Assembly (NCBI GenBank): GCA_049519355.1
Contig: JBEKQV010000002.1
Coordinates: 67,479-131,478, forward strand
Source of the DNA: Candidatus Microgenomates bacterium
GTDB lineage: Bacteria > Patescibacteriota > Microgenomatia > UBA8517
Direction of reading: 5' to 3'
DNA length: 64,000 nucleotides
Positions within the stretch are counted from its first letter, which is position 1. Each line of letters begins with the position of its first letter. This document shows positions 7,828 to 16,690 of this stretch, in pieces. Position numbers and translations under genes: made by a program. The notes beneath the pieces were generated by a model that was not told the DNA's origin, did not search any database, and saw only the letters and a list, made by a program, of their open reading frames with translations.

Positions 7828-10022
7828 TTTACTTAAAGGATTACCAAAAAGAAGCTGTAGCGAGTCTAAAAGAAACTGTAGAAAAGTTATTGAGGTCATC
7901 TGAGCGTGAGATTTGTATTTTTCAAGCTCCTACCGGAAGTGGAAAAACTGTTATGGTTTCGGAACTTCTTAAAGATTTAGTGAGAGATAGAAAAGACGAC
8001 AAAAAGTTTTCTTTTGTCTGGATTTCAGTCCGGATGCTGCACGAGCAAAGTAAGGAAAAGCTTGAAAAATATTATGCAGATGACAGGTTACTTCAATGTT
8101 CATATTTTGAGGATTTGGAAGATAAAAAGATTGGCGAAAACGAAATCTTGTTTATTAACTGGCAAAGCATAAATAAAAAAGACATAAACATTTATGTCAG
8201 AGAAAACGAGCAAGACAATAATCTTAACAGCGTAATTCAAAATACAAAAGAAGAAGGGCGCGAAATAATACTTATTATCGATGAAAGCCACCACACAGCG
8301 GGATCCGAAAAGTCAAAGGAACTGATAGAAGTAATTAGTCCGAAAGTAACGATTGAAGTTTCTGCTACCCCGCAACTAAAAGAAGGTATCGGCGGATACG
8401 AGAAAATTAATCTGAGTGATGTAAAAGCGGAGGAAATGATTAAGTCTGAAATTTCGGTAAATCCAGAGTTCACAAATGTTAAGGTTGGGTCAGAAAGTGC
8501 GGATGAACTTGTCATAGGACAAGCGTTAAAGAAACGAGAAGAATTAGCAAACCTATACAGGAAATCTGGATCAAATATAAACCCCCTTGTATTGGTTCAG
8601 TTGCCAGATCAAAAAAGCAGCTTGATTAGTAAAAAAGAAGATGTTCTAAAAATTCTTAACGATAAATTCGCTATCAATGAGAAAAATGGAAAATTAGCAG
8701 TTTGGTTATCAGAAGAAAAAACAGAAACACTTGCCAATATCGAGAAAAACGATAATGAAGTCGAGGTTTTGGTTTTCAAGCAAGCCCCTGCACTTGGCTG
8801 GGATTGTCCAAGAGCGTCAATACTTATAATTTTTAGGGAAACCAAGAGTTTTGTTTTTACGATTCAAACGATTGGTAGGATTATGCGTATGCCAGAATTG
8901 AAATACTATTCCGAAGAAGAATTGAATAAAGGCTTTGTATTTACCAATCTTCCGAATATTGCAATAACCGAGGATTACGCAAAAGATTATGTCACGATTT
9001 ACGAAGCCAAAAGAAGCGCGGAACTTTACAAAGACATTTCCTTGCCGTCAATATTTCTAAGGCGACAAAGGGAAAGAACAAGATTATCCGGAGAATTTGT
9101 TACCATCTTTCAAAAAGTTGCAAATGAAAACGATCTCAAAAATCGAGTAGTATTTACTCCTTCAAAACTAGTAAATCCAATAATTGCAGATGGTAGAATC
9201 GTCAATGTTGACCAAGCGGGCGAAATTGAACATAAAGGAGTAATTGAAGTTAAATTAAATCCGCTTGAACTTCAACAGCTTTTTGATAGTTTTATCTCGC
9301 AGAATTGCTCTCCATACGCTCCAGTAGATTCAAGCGATAGAATGAAAACCGCCATTTATAATTTTTTTACAATAAATTTCAAGATTAGGAAATTTGATCC
9401 GACTGTCCAGCGTATAGTTCTAGGTAAGGAAAATGTGCAGGCATTCGTTGACACAATAAACTTGGCTAAAGAAAAATACCAATTGGAAATTGTTAGGCAA
9501 CTTAGTGAAAAAAGGGAACTTCAGACAACCCCAGAATGGGAAGTTCCGGTAATAGTTACCTATAACAGCAGGTATATCAGTGAAAATAAACCAAAGTCTA
9601 TTCTTAAGCCCTATTACACCAAGAAAGCCAGTGAACCGGAAATGTTATTTATTGAGCTCTTAGAAGGATCAGATAAGGTTAAATGGTGGTTCAAGAATGG
9701 TGAGAGCGAAATTAAGTATTTTGCAGTCTTGTATAAAGATGAAGCGGAGATTGAACACGCTTTTTATGTTGACTTTATCGTTCAATTTACCGATGGAAAG
9801 ATAGGTTTATTCGATACCAAAAAGGGAATAACTGCCAAAGATGCAAAAATGCGAGCAAAAGGTTTAGCACGCTACATAAAAGAGCAGTCAAAGAAAGGAA
9901 GAAAGATATGGGGTGGTATAGCGGTATATGTTAACGGTAGTTGGAGATATAACGAAAGTGAAGATTATGTCTATGAAGAAGGTAATCTGTCTAAAGATTG
10001 GAAATTTCTTAATCTTAATTAG
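7824..10022 (+). CDS. res: Type III R-M restriction subunit (SF2 helicase plus PD-(D/E)xK nuclease)
   Basis: APTGSGKT, IIDESH, SAT, GWDCPR, QTIGRIMR, C-terminal VDF...DTK. ATGA overlap with mod. Confidence 0.9.
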   Translation: MIYLKDYQKEAVASLKETVEKLLRSSEREICIFQAPTGSGKTVMVSELLKDLVRDRKDDKKFSFVWISVRMLHEQSKEKLEKYYADDRLLQCSYFEDLEDKKIGENEILFINWQSINKKDINIYVRENEQDNNLNSVIQNTKEEGREIILIIDESHHTAGSEKSKELIEVISPKVTIEVSATPQLKEGIGGYEKINLSDVKAEEMIKSEISVNPEFTNVKVGSESADELVIGQALKKREELANLYRKSGSNINPLVLVQLPDQKSSLISKKEDVLKILNDKFAINEKNGKLAVWLSEEKTETLANIEKNDNEVEVLVFKQAPALGWDCPRASILIIFRETKSFVFTIQTIGRIMRMPELKYYSEEELNKGFVFTNLPNIAITEDYAKDYVTIYEAKRSAELYKDISLPSIFLRRQRERTRLSGEFVTIFQKVANENDLKNRVVFTPSKLVNPIIADGRIVNVDQAGEIEHKGVIEVKLNPLELQQLFDSFISQNCSPYAPVDSSDRMKTAIYNFFTINFKIRKFDPTVQRIVLGKENVQAFVDTINLAKEKYQLEIVRQLSEKRELQTTPEWEVPVIVTYNSRYISENKPKSILKPYYTKKASEPEMLFIELLEGSDKVKWWFKNGESEIKYFAVLYKDEAEIEHAFYVDFIVQFTDGKIGLFDTKKGITAKDAKMRAKGLARYIKEQSKKGRKIWGGIAVYVNGSWRYNESEDYVYEEGNLSKDWKFLNLN

Positions 10023-10048
10023 AACCTAGAAATTTTGTATTAGTTTTT

Positions 10049-10459
10049 ATGCCCGTATCTAAAAAGGAAGAATTGTGTGCCTATCATGAAGCCGGGCATG
10101 CGGTGTTGGCTGTTATATTAGGTATGCCCGTTGAATCTGTGAGTATGAAGGATCGCGTAACGAAATATAAAGTTGAAGGTAAAATACGCGATAGTATCTT
10201 GGTATCACTTGCAGGGGCTTTTGCAGCACAACATATCGATAAAATGGGACTGACCGCAGCAGATGACCTTTACAAAGCAAAGCGACTGCTAATCGAAGGA
10301 GAAAATATCGAATCATTCGAAAGAGAGGCAAAGAGACTTGTGAAAAAACATAAAAAAATAATCCACGCTGTAGCCTTAGAATTGTTATCCAAAAACTGCT
10401 TAACCGGAGAGGAGGTAAAAAGGATTGTGGACATACATTTCTTACCTCAACAAACTTAG
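10049..10459 (+). CDS. Stand-alone M41 (FtsH-type) metallopeptidase domain
   Basis: AYHEAGHAV, LAG, DDL, and AVALELL...LTGEEV. No AAA+ or TM domain. Confidence 0.8.
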   Translation: MPVSKKEELCAYHEAGHAVLAVILGMPVESVSMKDRVTKYKVEGKIRDSILVSLAGAFAAQHIDKMGLTAADDLYKAKRLLIEGENIESFEREAKRLVKKHKKIIHAVALELLSKNCLTGEEVKRIVDIHFLPQQT

Positions 10460-10735
10460 CTTAGCATGTTAATTATCTAAGTGTATGGTACCCTTGGTCG
10501 CATGTGCAGTATTAGGTTAAATATTAATACGATTCCCCCAATATAGTATTTACAATGATCTAGCCTCAAATGGGTATGTGATTTACTCAAAGTTGTGCTT
10601 GAGACAATTGATGAAACTGATAGTCATTAGATAACATTTGTTTTAGAAATTCTTTTTCTTTGTCTTGATTAAGTTTCCAATAAGTTCTAACATCGTTCAC
10701 TAGGTCACCCAATATTTTCTGATATAATATTTACT

Positions 10736-11428
10736 ATGGATTTTTTGAAAAGAAATAAGGTATTTATTATCGTCGTTCTGGCAACTTTGGTTTTGCTCAT
10801 AGGAGGAATTTATTTATTCTCGAGAGGCAGTGGGAATTCAACAACATTAAGTAGCACCGTAAGTTCCTCCCTTTTAATACCCCAAAATGATTACGAAACG
10901 TCCGGTATAGTCAACGGAAATTATTTGCTCGCAACTCCATCGGCCAGTGTTACTCTTGTAGAATTTGGTGATTATGAATGCCCGGCGTGCGGCGAATACC
11001 ATCCGATGGTTAAGCAGCTTTTAACTGATTTTGCCGGCAAAGTTATTTTTGTTTTTAGAAATTTTCCGCTTTCTCAACACTTGAACGCCCCAATTTCGGC
11101 GTATGCAGCAGAAGCCGCCGGGCTTCAAGGAAAATTCTGGCAAATGCACGACAAACTCTACGAAACACAAAATGATTGGTCAGGCTCAACCGACGCGAGA
11201 AGTATATTCATTGGTTATGCTAAAGATTTAGGTTTGGATGTTACTAAATTTACGGCAGATATAGATTCCTCAGCCGTTAAGAATAAAGTTCAGAGCGATA
11301 TGAATGACGGGAATACAATTGGAATTAATGAAACACCGACATTTTTCCTTAACGGATCCGAACTTAATCTTACCGGCTCTTCTAATGAACTTGAGACTGA
11401 TGTTCAAAAAGTGCTTAACGGAAAATAG
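10736..11428 (+). CDS. DsbA/thioredoxin-fold oxidoreductase
   Basis: N-terminal anchor, EFGDYECPAC, TPTFF. Confidence 0.92.
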   Translation: MDFLKRNKVFIIVVLATLVLLIGGIYLFSRGSGNSTTLSSTVSSSLLIPQNDYETSGIVNGNYLLATPSASVTLVEFGDYECPACGEYHPMVKQLLTDFAGKVIFVFRNFPLSQHLNAPISAYAAEAAGLQGKFWQMHDKLYETQNDWSGSTDARSIFIGYAKDLGLDVTKFTADIDSSAVKNKVQSDMNDGNTIGINETPTFFLNGSELNLTGSSNELETDVQKVLNGK

Positions 11429-11432
11429 TCCG

Positions 11433-12758
11433 TTATTTTCTGGAGATCGTATAATTTGTCGGGTAATATAAAAAGGCAGCAGGAGAATCTTCAACCAAGA
11501 ATCTTTGGAAATCCAAATAAATTTGCTTTCTGTCCTCGATACTAATTGTACTTCGGCCGTCTTCAAGAAGTTTATCAATCCTGGGATTTTGATAGTGCGT
11601 AATATTTGTCGCGGTTTGTGTTGAGTGCCAGATTGAGTACTGATCGGGATCGTTTGGAATATCAAAAATCGCCAAGAAAGCCTGGTAATCAGAAGGGACA
11701 TTGGAAATTACCTGTAAGCTAACATTGACACCAATTGCCTGCCAATCTTTCGAAATGCTTTCGGCTTGGGTTAAAAGAATGGGTGGAGTCGTTAGTGTGA
11801 TTGAAAGGCTGCCGGTTTTTGCACTTGTTTCATAATCCTCAACCATTTGCTTGGCTTTTACGGGATCGTAATCGTAGGGCTTCACTTGAGGATTATATGC
11901 CCAAGAATCTATTGAAATCGGACTTATAGCTCTTTCGCCGCCAAGTGCGCCTTTATTGATGGCGTATGAAAGCGCCTGACGGAGGTTTTTATCTGATAGG
12001 GTCTTATCTTGAGTATCAAAAAATACCGCTACATATTCCCCGGTATTTGAAGTTTTATCTATTTTGACTTTTGGCCAAGACGAAAAAGGACTGGGATCAA
12101 GAATTCCTATTATTTGATCAACGTCTCCCAGTTCAAATGCCAATTTTGTATCATCTTCGGTAGGATAAAATTTATAAGCGATTCTATCGCCGTTTTTATT
12201 AACTAAATTTATTTGTTGAACATATGACCCGTTTAAGGAAATACTTGAAACTTTCCAAGCCCCGGTACCCAGAAGCCCCATCCTGAAAGTCGGCCTGGAA
12301 ACAACAGAAGGAAAAGCCGAATATGGATTCTGAAGTTCAAAAGTTATAGTAGCATCATCAGGCCGGAGAACAGTGACATCCGAAAACTCATAAGTAATAC
12401 CTGAACTTGTAACTTTTTTTCCGTCTTGCCAATAAACTCCTGAACGCAAAGTGAAAACCCAGGTCTTACCGCCATCAGGCGATTCCCAAGACGAAGCGAG
12501 ATCGGGTTCGACGTTTCCGTTTTTATCAAGCTTGGTTAGACCGTCACCGACCATCTCGAGAACATTATCAGGAAGCGAACTAACGGTATAAAGTCCTGTT
12601 AACCCTATCCTTGTGCTTTGACCTGAGGACAAAACAGGCAAAAGGTAACGAAGGAGAAAGAAAAGAACAATGCCAAGTCCTACACAAGCTAAGATAATGA
12701 TTTTAAAACGGCTAAAAAATGCTCCCACTAGCCTTGCAATGTATCGGAAATTAAGCAT
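11433..12758 (-). CDS. ABC transporter substrate-binding protein, family 5
   Basis: PDLASSW...TWVFTLR...WQDG, RQALSYAI. Start reassigned to ATG 12758, 6 nt after TATAAC. Confidence 0.88.
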   Translation of the reverse strand: MLNFRYIARLVGAFFSRFKIIILACVGLGIVLFFLLRYLLPVLSSGQSTRIGLTGLYTVSSLPDNVLEMVGDGLTKLDKNGNVEPDLASSWESPDGGKTWVFTLRSGVYWQDGKKVTSSGITYEFSDVTVLRPDDATITFELQNPYSAFPSVVSRPTFRMGLLGTGAWKVSSISLNGSYVQQINLVNKNGDRIAYKFYPTEDDTKLAFELGDVDQIIGILDPSPFSSWPKVKIDKTSNTGEYVAVFFDTQDKTLSDKNLRQALSYAINKGALGGERAISPISIDSWAYNPQVKPYDYDPVKAKQMVEDYETSAKTGSLSITLTTPPILLTQAESISKDWQAIGVNVSLQVISNVPSDYQAFLAIFDIPNDPDQYSIWHSTQTATNITHYQNPRIDKLLEDGRSTISIEDRKQIYLDFQRFLVEDSPAAFLYYPTNYTISRK

Positions 12759-12765
12759 CGGTAAG

Positions 12766-12981
12766 TTATACCACAAGCTGCAGAATAGAAATCGCTATAA
12801 ACAAAAAAGCCAGGACAAAGGTAAGCCTAAAAACCAATTTCTCTAAACCTCTCCGGCTAAATGAAGAACCTCCTCCAAAGCCTGATGACCTACTAAAACC
12901 TGTACCGCGAGCTTGAACTAAAATAAGTCCGATAAGAGCAACCGACACAATTATTTGAATAACGGTTAGAATTTGCTTCAC
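12766..12981 (-). CDS. secG: Preprotein translocase subunit SecG
   Basis: Two TM helices, ILVQARGTG...RRGLEK. Confidence 0.92.
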   Translation of the reverse strand: MKQILTVIQIIVSVALIGLILVQARGTGFSRSSGFGGGSSFSRRGLEKLVFRLTFVLAFLFIAISILQLVV

Positions 12982-13004
12982 TTCGAGTCAATTATACTCA
13001 AAAA

Positions 13005-13406
13005 TCACTTGAAGATCCAATGAAGTACGGACGAAACAATAGAAATTATGAAAGAAAATGCCAGAAAAGCTAAAATTCCGTTAAGAAAGATTGCCGGTAT
13101 GGAAAACCAATAAGAGGAGAAGCCGTTAAAAGCAAAGTCGAGCAATTTAAACCCCGGCACAATCAAAGTCACTATATAAAGTGTTACAGCATAACCCACC
13201 CACCTAAAAAGACCGAAAGTGATCAAGTTTATAGGCAGCAGCAAAATGTTTATGATAGGCCTTATGAACATTGTAGTTACTGTTAGAACTGCTCCCGCCA
13301 GCAAGAGCGAATAAATTCCGTCCGAAAAAACTATCCCCGAAACGGCAAGAGAAACCAAATAAAGCGAAACTGTATTTATCAAAAAATGCTTAATAATTGT
13401 TCTCAT
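13005..13406 (-). CDS. YvlD/phage-holin-like 4TM membrane protein
   Basis: IRPIINILLLPINLITFGLF motif. Confidence 0.85.
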   Translation of the reverse strand: MRTIIKHFLINTVSLYLVSLAVSGIVFSDGIYSLLLAGAVLTVTTMFIRPIINILLLPINLITFGLFRWVGYAVTLYIVTLIVPGFKLLDFAFNGFSSYWFSIPAIFLNGILAFLAFSFIISIVSSVLHWIFK

Positions 13407-13443
13407 TAAACACAGTATATCCAGTTTGGAGAGTTATTTACAA

Positions 13444-14805
13444 CTAATTTTGGGTCAAAGATTTTGAAATCAATTTATGATGGTATGTTCTTGCAAACCT
13501 GTGGGCTTCATCTCTAATCCGCTGGACTAAATTTAGGGCGGCACCTCTAGGGAACCTGTACTCTTTAAGCGCGATTGTACCGTCGGTGTAAACCGGAATA
13601 ACCAAAGTTTCAAATCTTTTGGCCAGACCTACAACTGGAATTTTTTCACCCGCAAGCTCCCTTAAAAAAACCGATACTTGTCCCTTGCCACCATCAACAA
13701 TAATAAGATCGGGTTTACCCCAATCCGCAAAATGATTTTTTCTTCGGTCAATTACCTCCTTCATTGAAGCGTAGTCATTTTGGGATTCTAATTGTCTTAT
13801 TTTGAAATGCCGGTAATAGTTTTTTTCCGGCTCTCCGTTTACAAACGTAACCATTGAGGCGGTGGGGCTTGTTCCTGCCAGATGAGCGACATCAAAACAT
13901 TCAATTCTTTCGATTTTATCTACTTTTACATTAAATTTTGATAAAACCGACGACAGCTGGTGCGCTTCCTTCAACCTTTCGTCCTCGTAGAGATTCGGGT
14001 TCTGTATATAAAACTCCATGGGCATTTGGGGACGCGTTATATACTCCAACTTTTGGATTTGATCACGCAAAGCCGCGGCAGCCTCAAAATCCTGCGAACC
14101 TGACGACCTGTTCATCTCCTCTTCAAGATTTGTCCTAACCTTTCCGACTTCTCCATTAAGAACTGTTTTTATATGTCGTATATTTTTAAGGTATCTCTTC
14201 CTTTGGGCTGACTTTTCCGATTCATCTTTTAGGCCTTCGATAACGTTTGGGCAGGGACTGCAAAGCCCGATGTGCGAATAAAGGCAACCGCGGGGACCGA
14301 GTTTATGATCAGAATAGGGAAAAATCCGTCTCAGCATTTTAAGTACCGAGCGGATATTCTTTGAAGAAGGAAATGGACCAAAAAATGCGATGTTTTTTTC
14401 ACCTTCCGCAATTTTCCTTGCCGTTATAACTCTCGGATATTTTTCTTTAGTGATTCGAATGTAAAGAGGATGTTTGTCATCTTTTGCCGCAATATTATAT
14501 TTCGGCATATAACTTCTGATTAGTTTTGCCTCAAGAAGAAGTGCTTCAAGTTCCGACTCTACCTGAATATATGACAAGGCTTCGGCATCACCTATCATTT
14601 TTTCGGTTTTTATTTCGAGATCCAAATCAAAATATGAAGAAACACGCCGCTTTAAGTTAATCGCCTTTCCGATATAGATAGGGTAATTATCCTTAAAAAA
14701 AACGTAAACCCCGGCTGTTTCGGGAAGTGTTTTCTTAAGGTCAGTGTTATAGCTTCTGCCCCGGTGGATTGATATTTTGGGTAGATCTTTTAGTAAGTCT
14801 TTCAT
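13444..14805 (-). CDS. uvrC: Excinuclease ABC subunit C (short form)
   Basis: GIY-YIG (GVY...YIGKA), UVR domain, RNase H-like ECFD...DGG...RDEAHRFA. No HhH tail. Confidence 0.92.
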   Translation of the reverse strand: MKDLLKDLPKISIHRGRSYNTDLKKTLPETAGVYVFFKDNYPIYIGKAINLKRRVSSYFDLDLEIKTEKMIGDAEALSYIQVESELEALLLEAKLIRSYMPKYNIAAKDDKHPLYIRITKEKYPRVITARKIAEGEKNIAFFGPFPSSKNIRSVLKMLRRIFPYSDHKLGPRGCLYSHIGLCSPCPNVIEGLKDESEKSAQRKRYLKNIRHIKTVLNGEVGKVRTNLEEEMNRSSGSQDFEAAAALRDQIQKLEYITRPQMPMEFYIQNPNLYEDERLKEAHQLSSVLSKFNVKVDKIERIECFDVAHLAGTSPTASMVTFVNGEPEKNYYRHFKIRQLESQNDYASMKEVIDRRKNHFADWGKPDLIIVDGGKGQVSVFLRELAGEKIPVVGLAKRFETLVIPVYTDGTIALKEYRFPRGAALNLVQRIRDEAHRFARTYHHKLISKSLTQN

Positions 14806-16678
14806 ACATTTTCGCTCCTTTCACCCCTATTTTATCAAATAACCGTCCTATTTTTATTTTTTTAAGCCGCATTAATATCCCGAAAATTATCAAAATCATA
14901 AAAAACGAAATAATTAGGAGGCTGTTTATTACAACTTGTGACTTATTTGTTGTTATTTTTGCCGTCGCGGTATCTACGCCAACCTCAATCACATCAGGAG
15001 TGTTTTTACCGAGAAGACTAAACGGTACATCAATTTCGGACTGATAATTGGAATAAGGAGGGAGAACGCTGATAAAATCACGGCTTTTCTCTAACGTGTC
15101 GAAATATACAGTCGGATAAACACCGTACAAAGCCACCGGCCCCGGATTAAAAACTCTATATGAATAGATCGAACTAAGCAAAGGTAAAGTACGTATTGGA
15201 GTTATTGTTACTTGTGGCGTACTAATCCTGATATCAGGTAACTGTCCGAAAGATACGTAGACGTCTTTCTGAGGATTCGGGCCGAGTTTATAAGAACCGG
15301 GTGGATACGGCATTGTATCGCTTTCTCCTCCCGACGGATTTGTGTCGCCGTGAATCACAAAAGCGAAATGTCTTAAGTCAAGCTTATTAAAATAATCCAC
15401 GCCACCGCTTGTTGAACCCCAGGTAGGGTCAATTGGTATCCAGACACCCTTAGACTTATCATAATATTCCGGCCAAGCATGTAAAACGTCGGCAACGAGA
15501 CTCAATGGTTGTAATTGAGGATTTTCGGTATAGGCAAAACCGTTAATTTCTCTTGCAGGAATCCCTGCGGCCCGGGCTATGGCTATAAAAAGATCCGTAT
15601 ATTCCATACATATGGCCTGGGTAGGATTTTCAAGAGCGCCTACCGCCCCTAACCGCTGCACATTGGGTTGCACGCGGGCAAAATCATATTTCAATGTAGT
15701 CGAAACGTAGTCATAAATCGCTTCGGGAGTTTTGAGTTGCTGGGCTAAAGCTTGAATTTTTGGATCACTTACCTGCCAATATTCCGTTCCAGTCAAATCG
15801 TCACTTAGAACCTGATCGGTTGGTTTTGGAAAAGAACGATAGCTCGCAAAAATTTGTACGGAACCGGTAGCGTTTACATCAACTCTTTGATGCGGAGACA
15901 AAATATATGTAGCGAGCCAGTTTCCGTCGGAGTCAACGTTCACATTTGCCGGCTTCGGGTCAACCTTTTGAAGATAAACTTTCTGATAAGCTGTGTCGGG
16001 AGGTAGAGCTATTTGTGTTTGTGCAGTCGAACCTAACGGATTTTCTAGATGGTACGAAAGATTAAAGGAAAAAACCTGAAATTGGCCAAATCCGGCGGTA
16101 ATTCCAGATTGAACAACGTCGTCTTTTGAAAAAGTGTAGGTTTTACCTGAGGCGTCTTCGGTTGTGGTTTCGGGCTTTGGGGAAATATATGCCTCAAGCC
16201 CAAAACTTTCCGGGATTTGAAGTGTAACGTTATAACTCCGGAAACTGTTCTGATCGCTGAGGCGCGGAATAGAAACTTCCCAGATTTCACCGGTTCTAAC
16301 CGCAAAACTACCGTTATCGTAAGAAATAGAAAAATGTCTTTCTGCATCCTTTCCTACAACGGCATTAGGAAAAGTTATTTTAATAGTTGTTGTCGTGCCG
16401 TTTTTCTGTATATCCGTTTGTAGAGATGTACCGGAAGAGTCGGTTGCCGAAACATTTGAAGCGTCAATATTTTCTAAGGTCAGAGAATAAGTTGTTGCGT
16501 AAAGAAGGTCCGAGTTATTCTCGAGGGTTATATTGTGAGTTGCTGTCGTTATCCCGGTGGTGCGTACATTATATGTAACGTTCGAGTCAACCGAAAAATC
16601 TTGTTGGGCATATACAAAACCAGTTACTAAGAAAACCAAGAAAATCCCGACAAATATTGCCAACCACTTTTTAAACAT
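14747..16678 (-). CDS. Secreted, C-terminally anchored transglutaminase-like protein
   Basis: Signal peptide, triad ICMEY / HAWPE / DPTW, C-terminal TM. Confidence 0.85.
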   Translation of the reverse strand: MFKKWLAIFVGIFLVFLVTGFVYAQQDFSVDSNVTYNVRTTGITTATHNITLENNSDLLYATTYSLTLENIDASNVSATDSSGTSLQTDIQKNGTTTTIKITFPNAVVGKDAERHFSISYDNGSFAVRTGEIWEVSIPRLSDQNSFRSYNVTLQIPESFGLEAYISPKPETTTEDASGKTYTFSKDDVVQSGITAGFGQFQVFSFNLSYHLENPLGSTAQTQIALPPDTAYQKVYLQKVDPKPANVNVDSDGNWLATYILSPHQRVDVNATGSVQIFASYRSFPKPTDQVLSDDLTGTEYWQVSDPKIQALAQQLKTPEAIYDYVSTTLKYDFARVQPNVQRLGAVGALENPTQAICMEYTDLFIAIARAAGIPAREINGFAYTENPQLQPLSLVADVLHAWPEYYDKSKGVWIPIDPTWGSTSGGVDYFNKLDLRHFAFVIHGDTNPSGGESDTMPYPPGSYKLGPNPQKDVYVSFGQLPDIRISTPQVTITPIRTLPLLSSIYSYRVFNPGPVALYGVYPTVYFDTLEKSRDFISVLPPYSNYQSEIDVPFSLLGKNTPDVIEVGVDTATAKITTNKSQVVINSLLIISFFMILIIFGILMRLKKIKIGRLFDKIGVKGAKMYERLTKRSTQNINPPGQKL

Positions 16679-16690
16679 AAATAAAGTATA

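Larger units (their letters stand above)
1361..10710. mobile_element. Integrative element at tRNA-His 3' end (serine recombinase, replication initiator, type III RM cargo)
   Basis: Recombinase abuts the tRNA. CACCC(C)AAT occurs at 1361-1369 and CACCCAAT at 10706-10713. Cargo is accessory and AT-rich, and housekeeping genes resume at 10736. Confidence 0.85.

Noticed and set aside
13005-13406. Holin-like gene as prophage evidence
   Set aside because: The YvlD-type family is a common chromosomal neighbour of uvr genes, and no phage structural genes are nearby.
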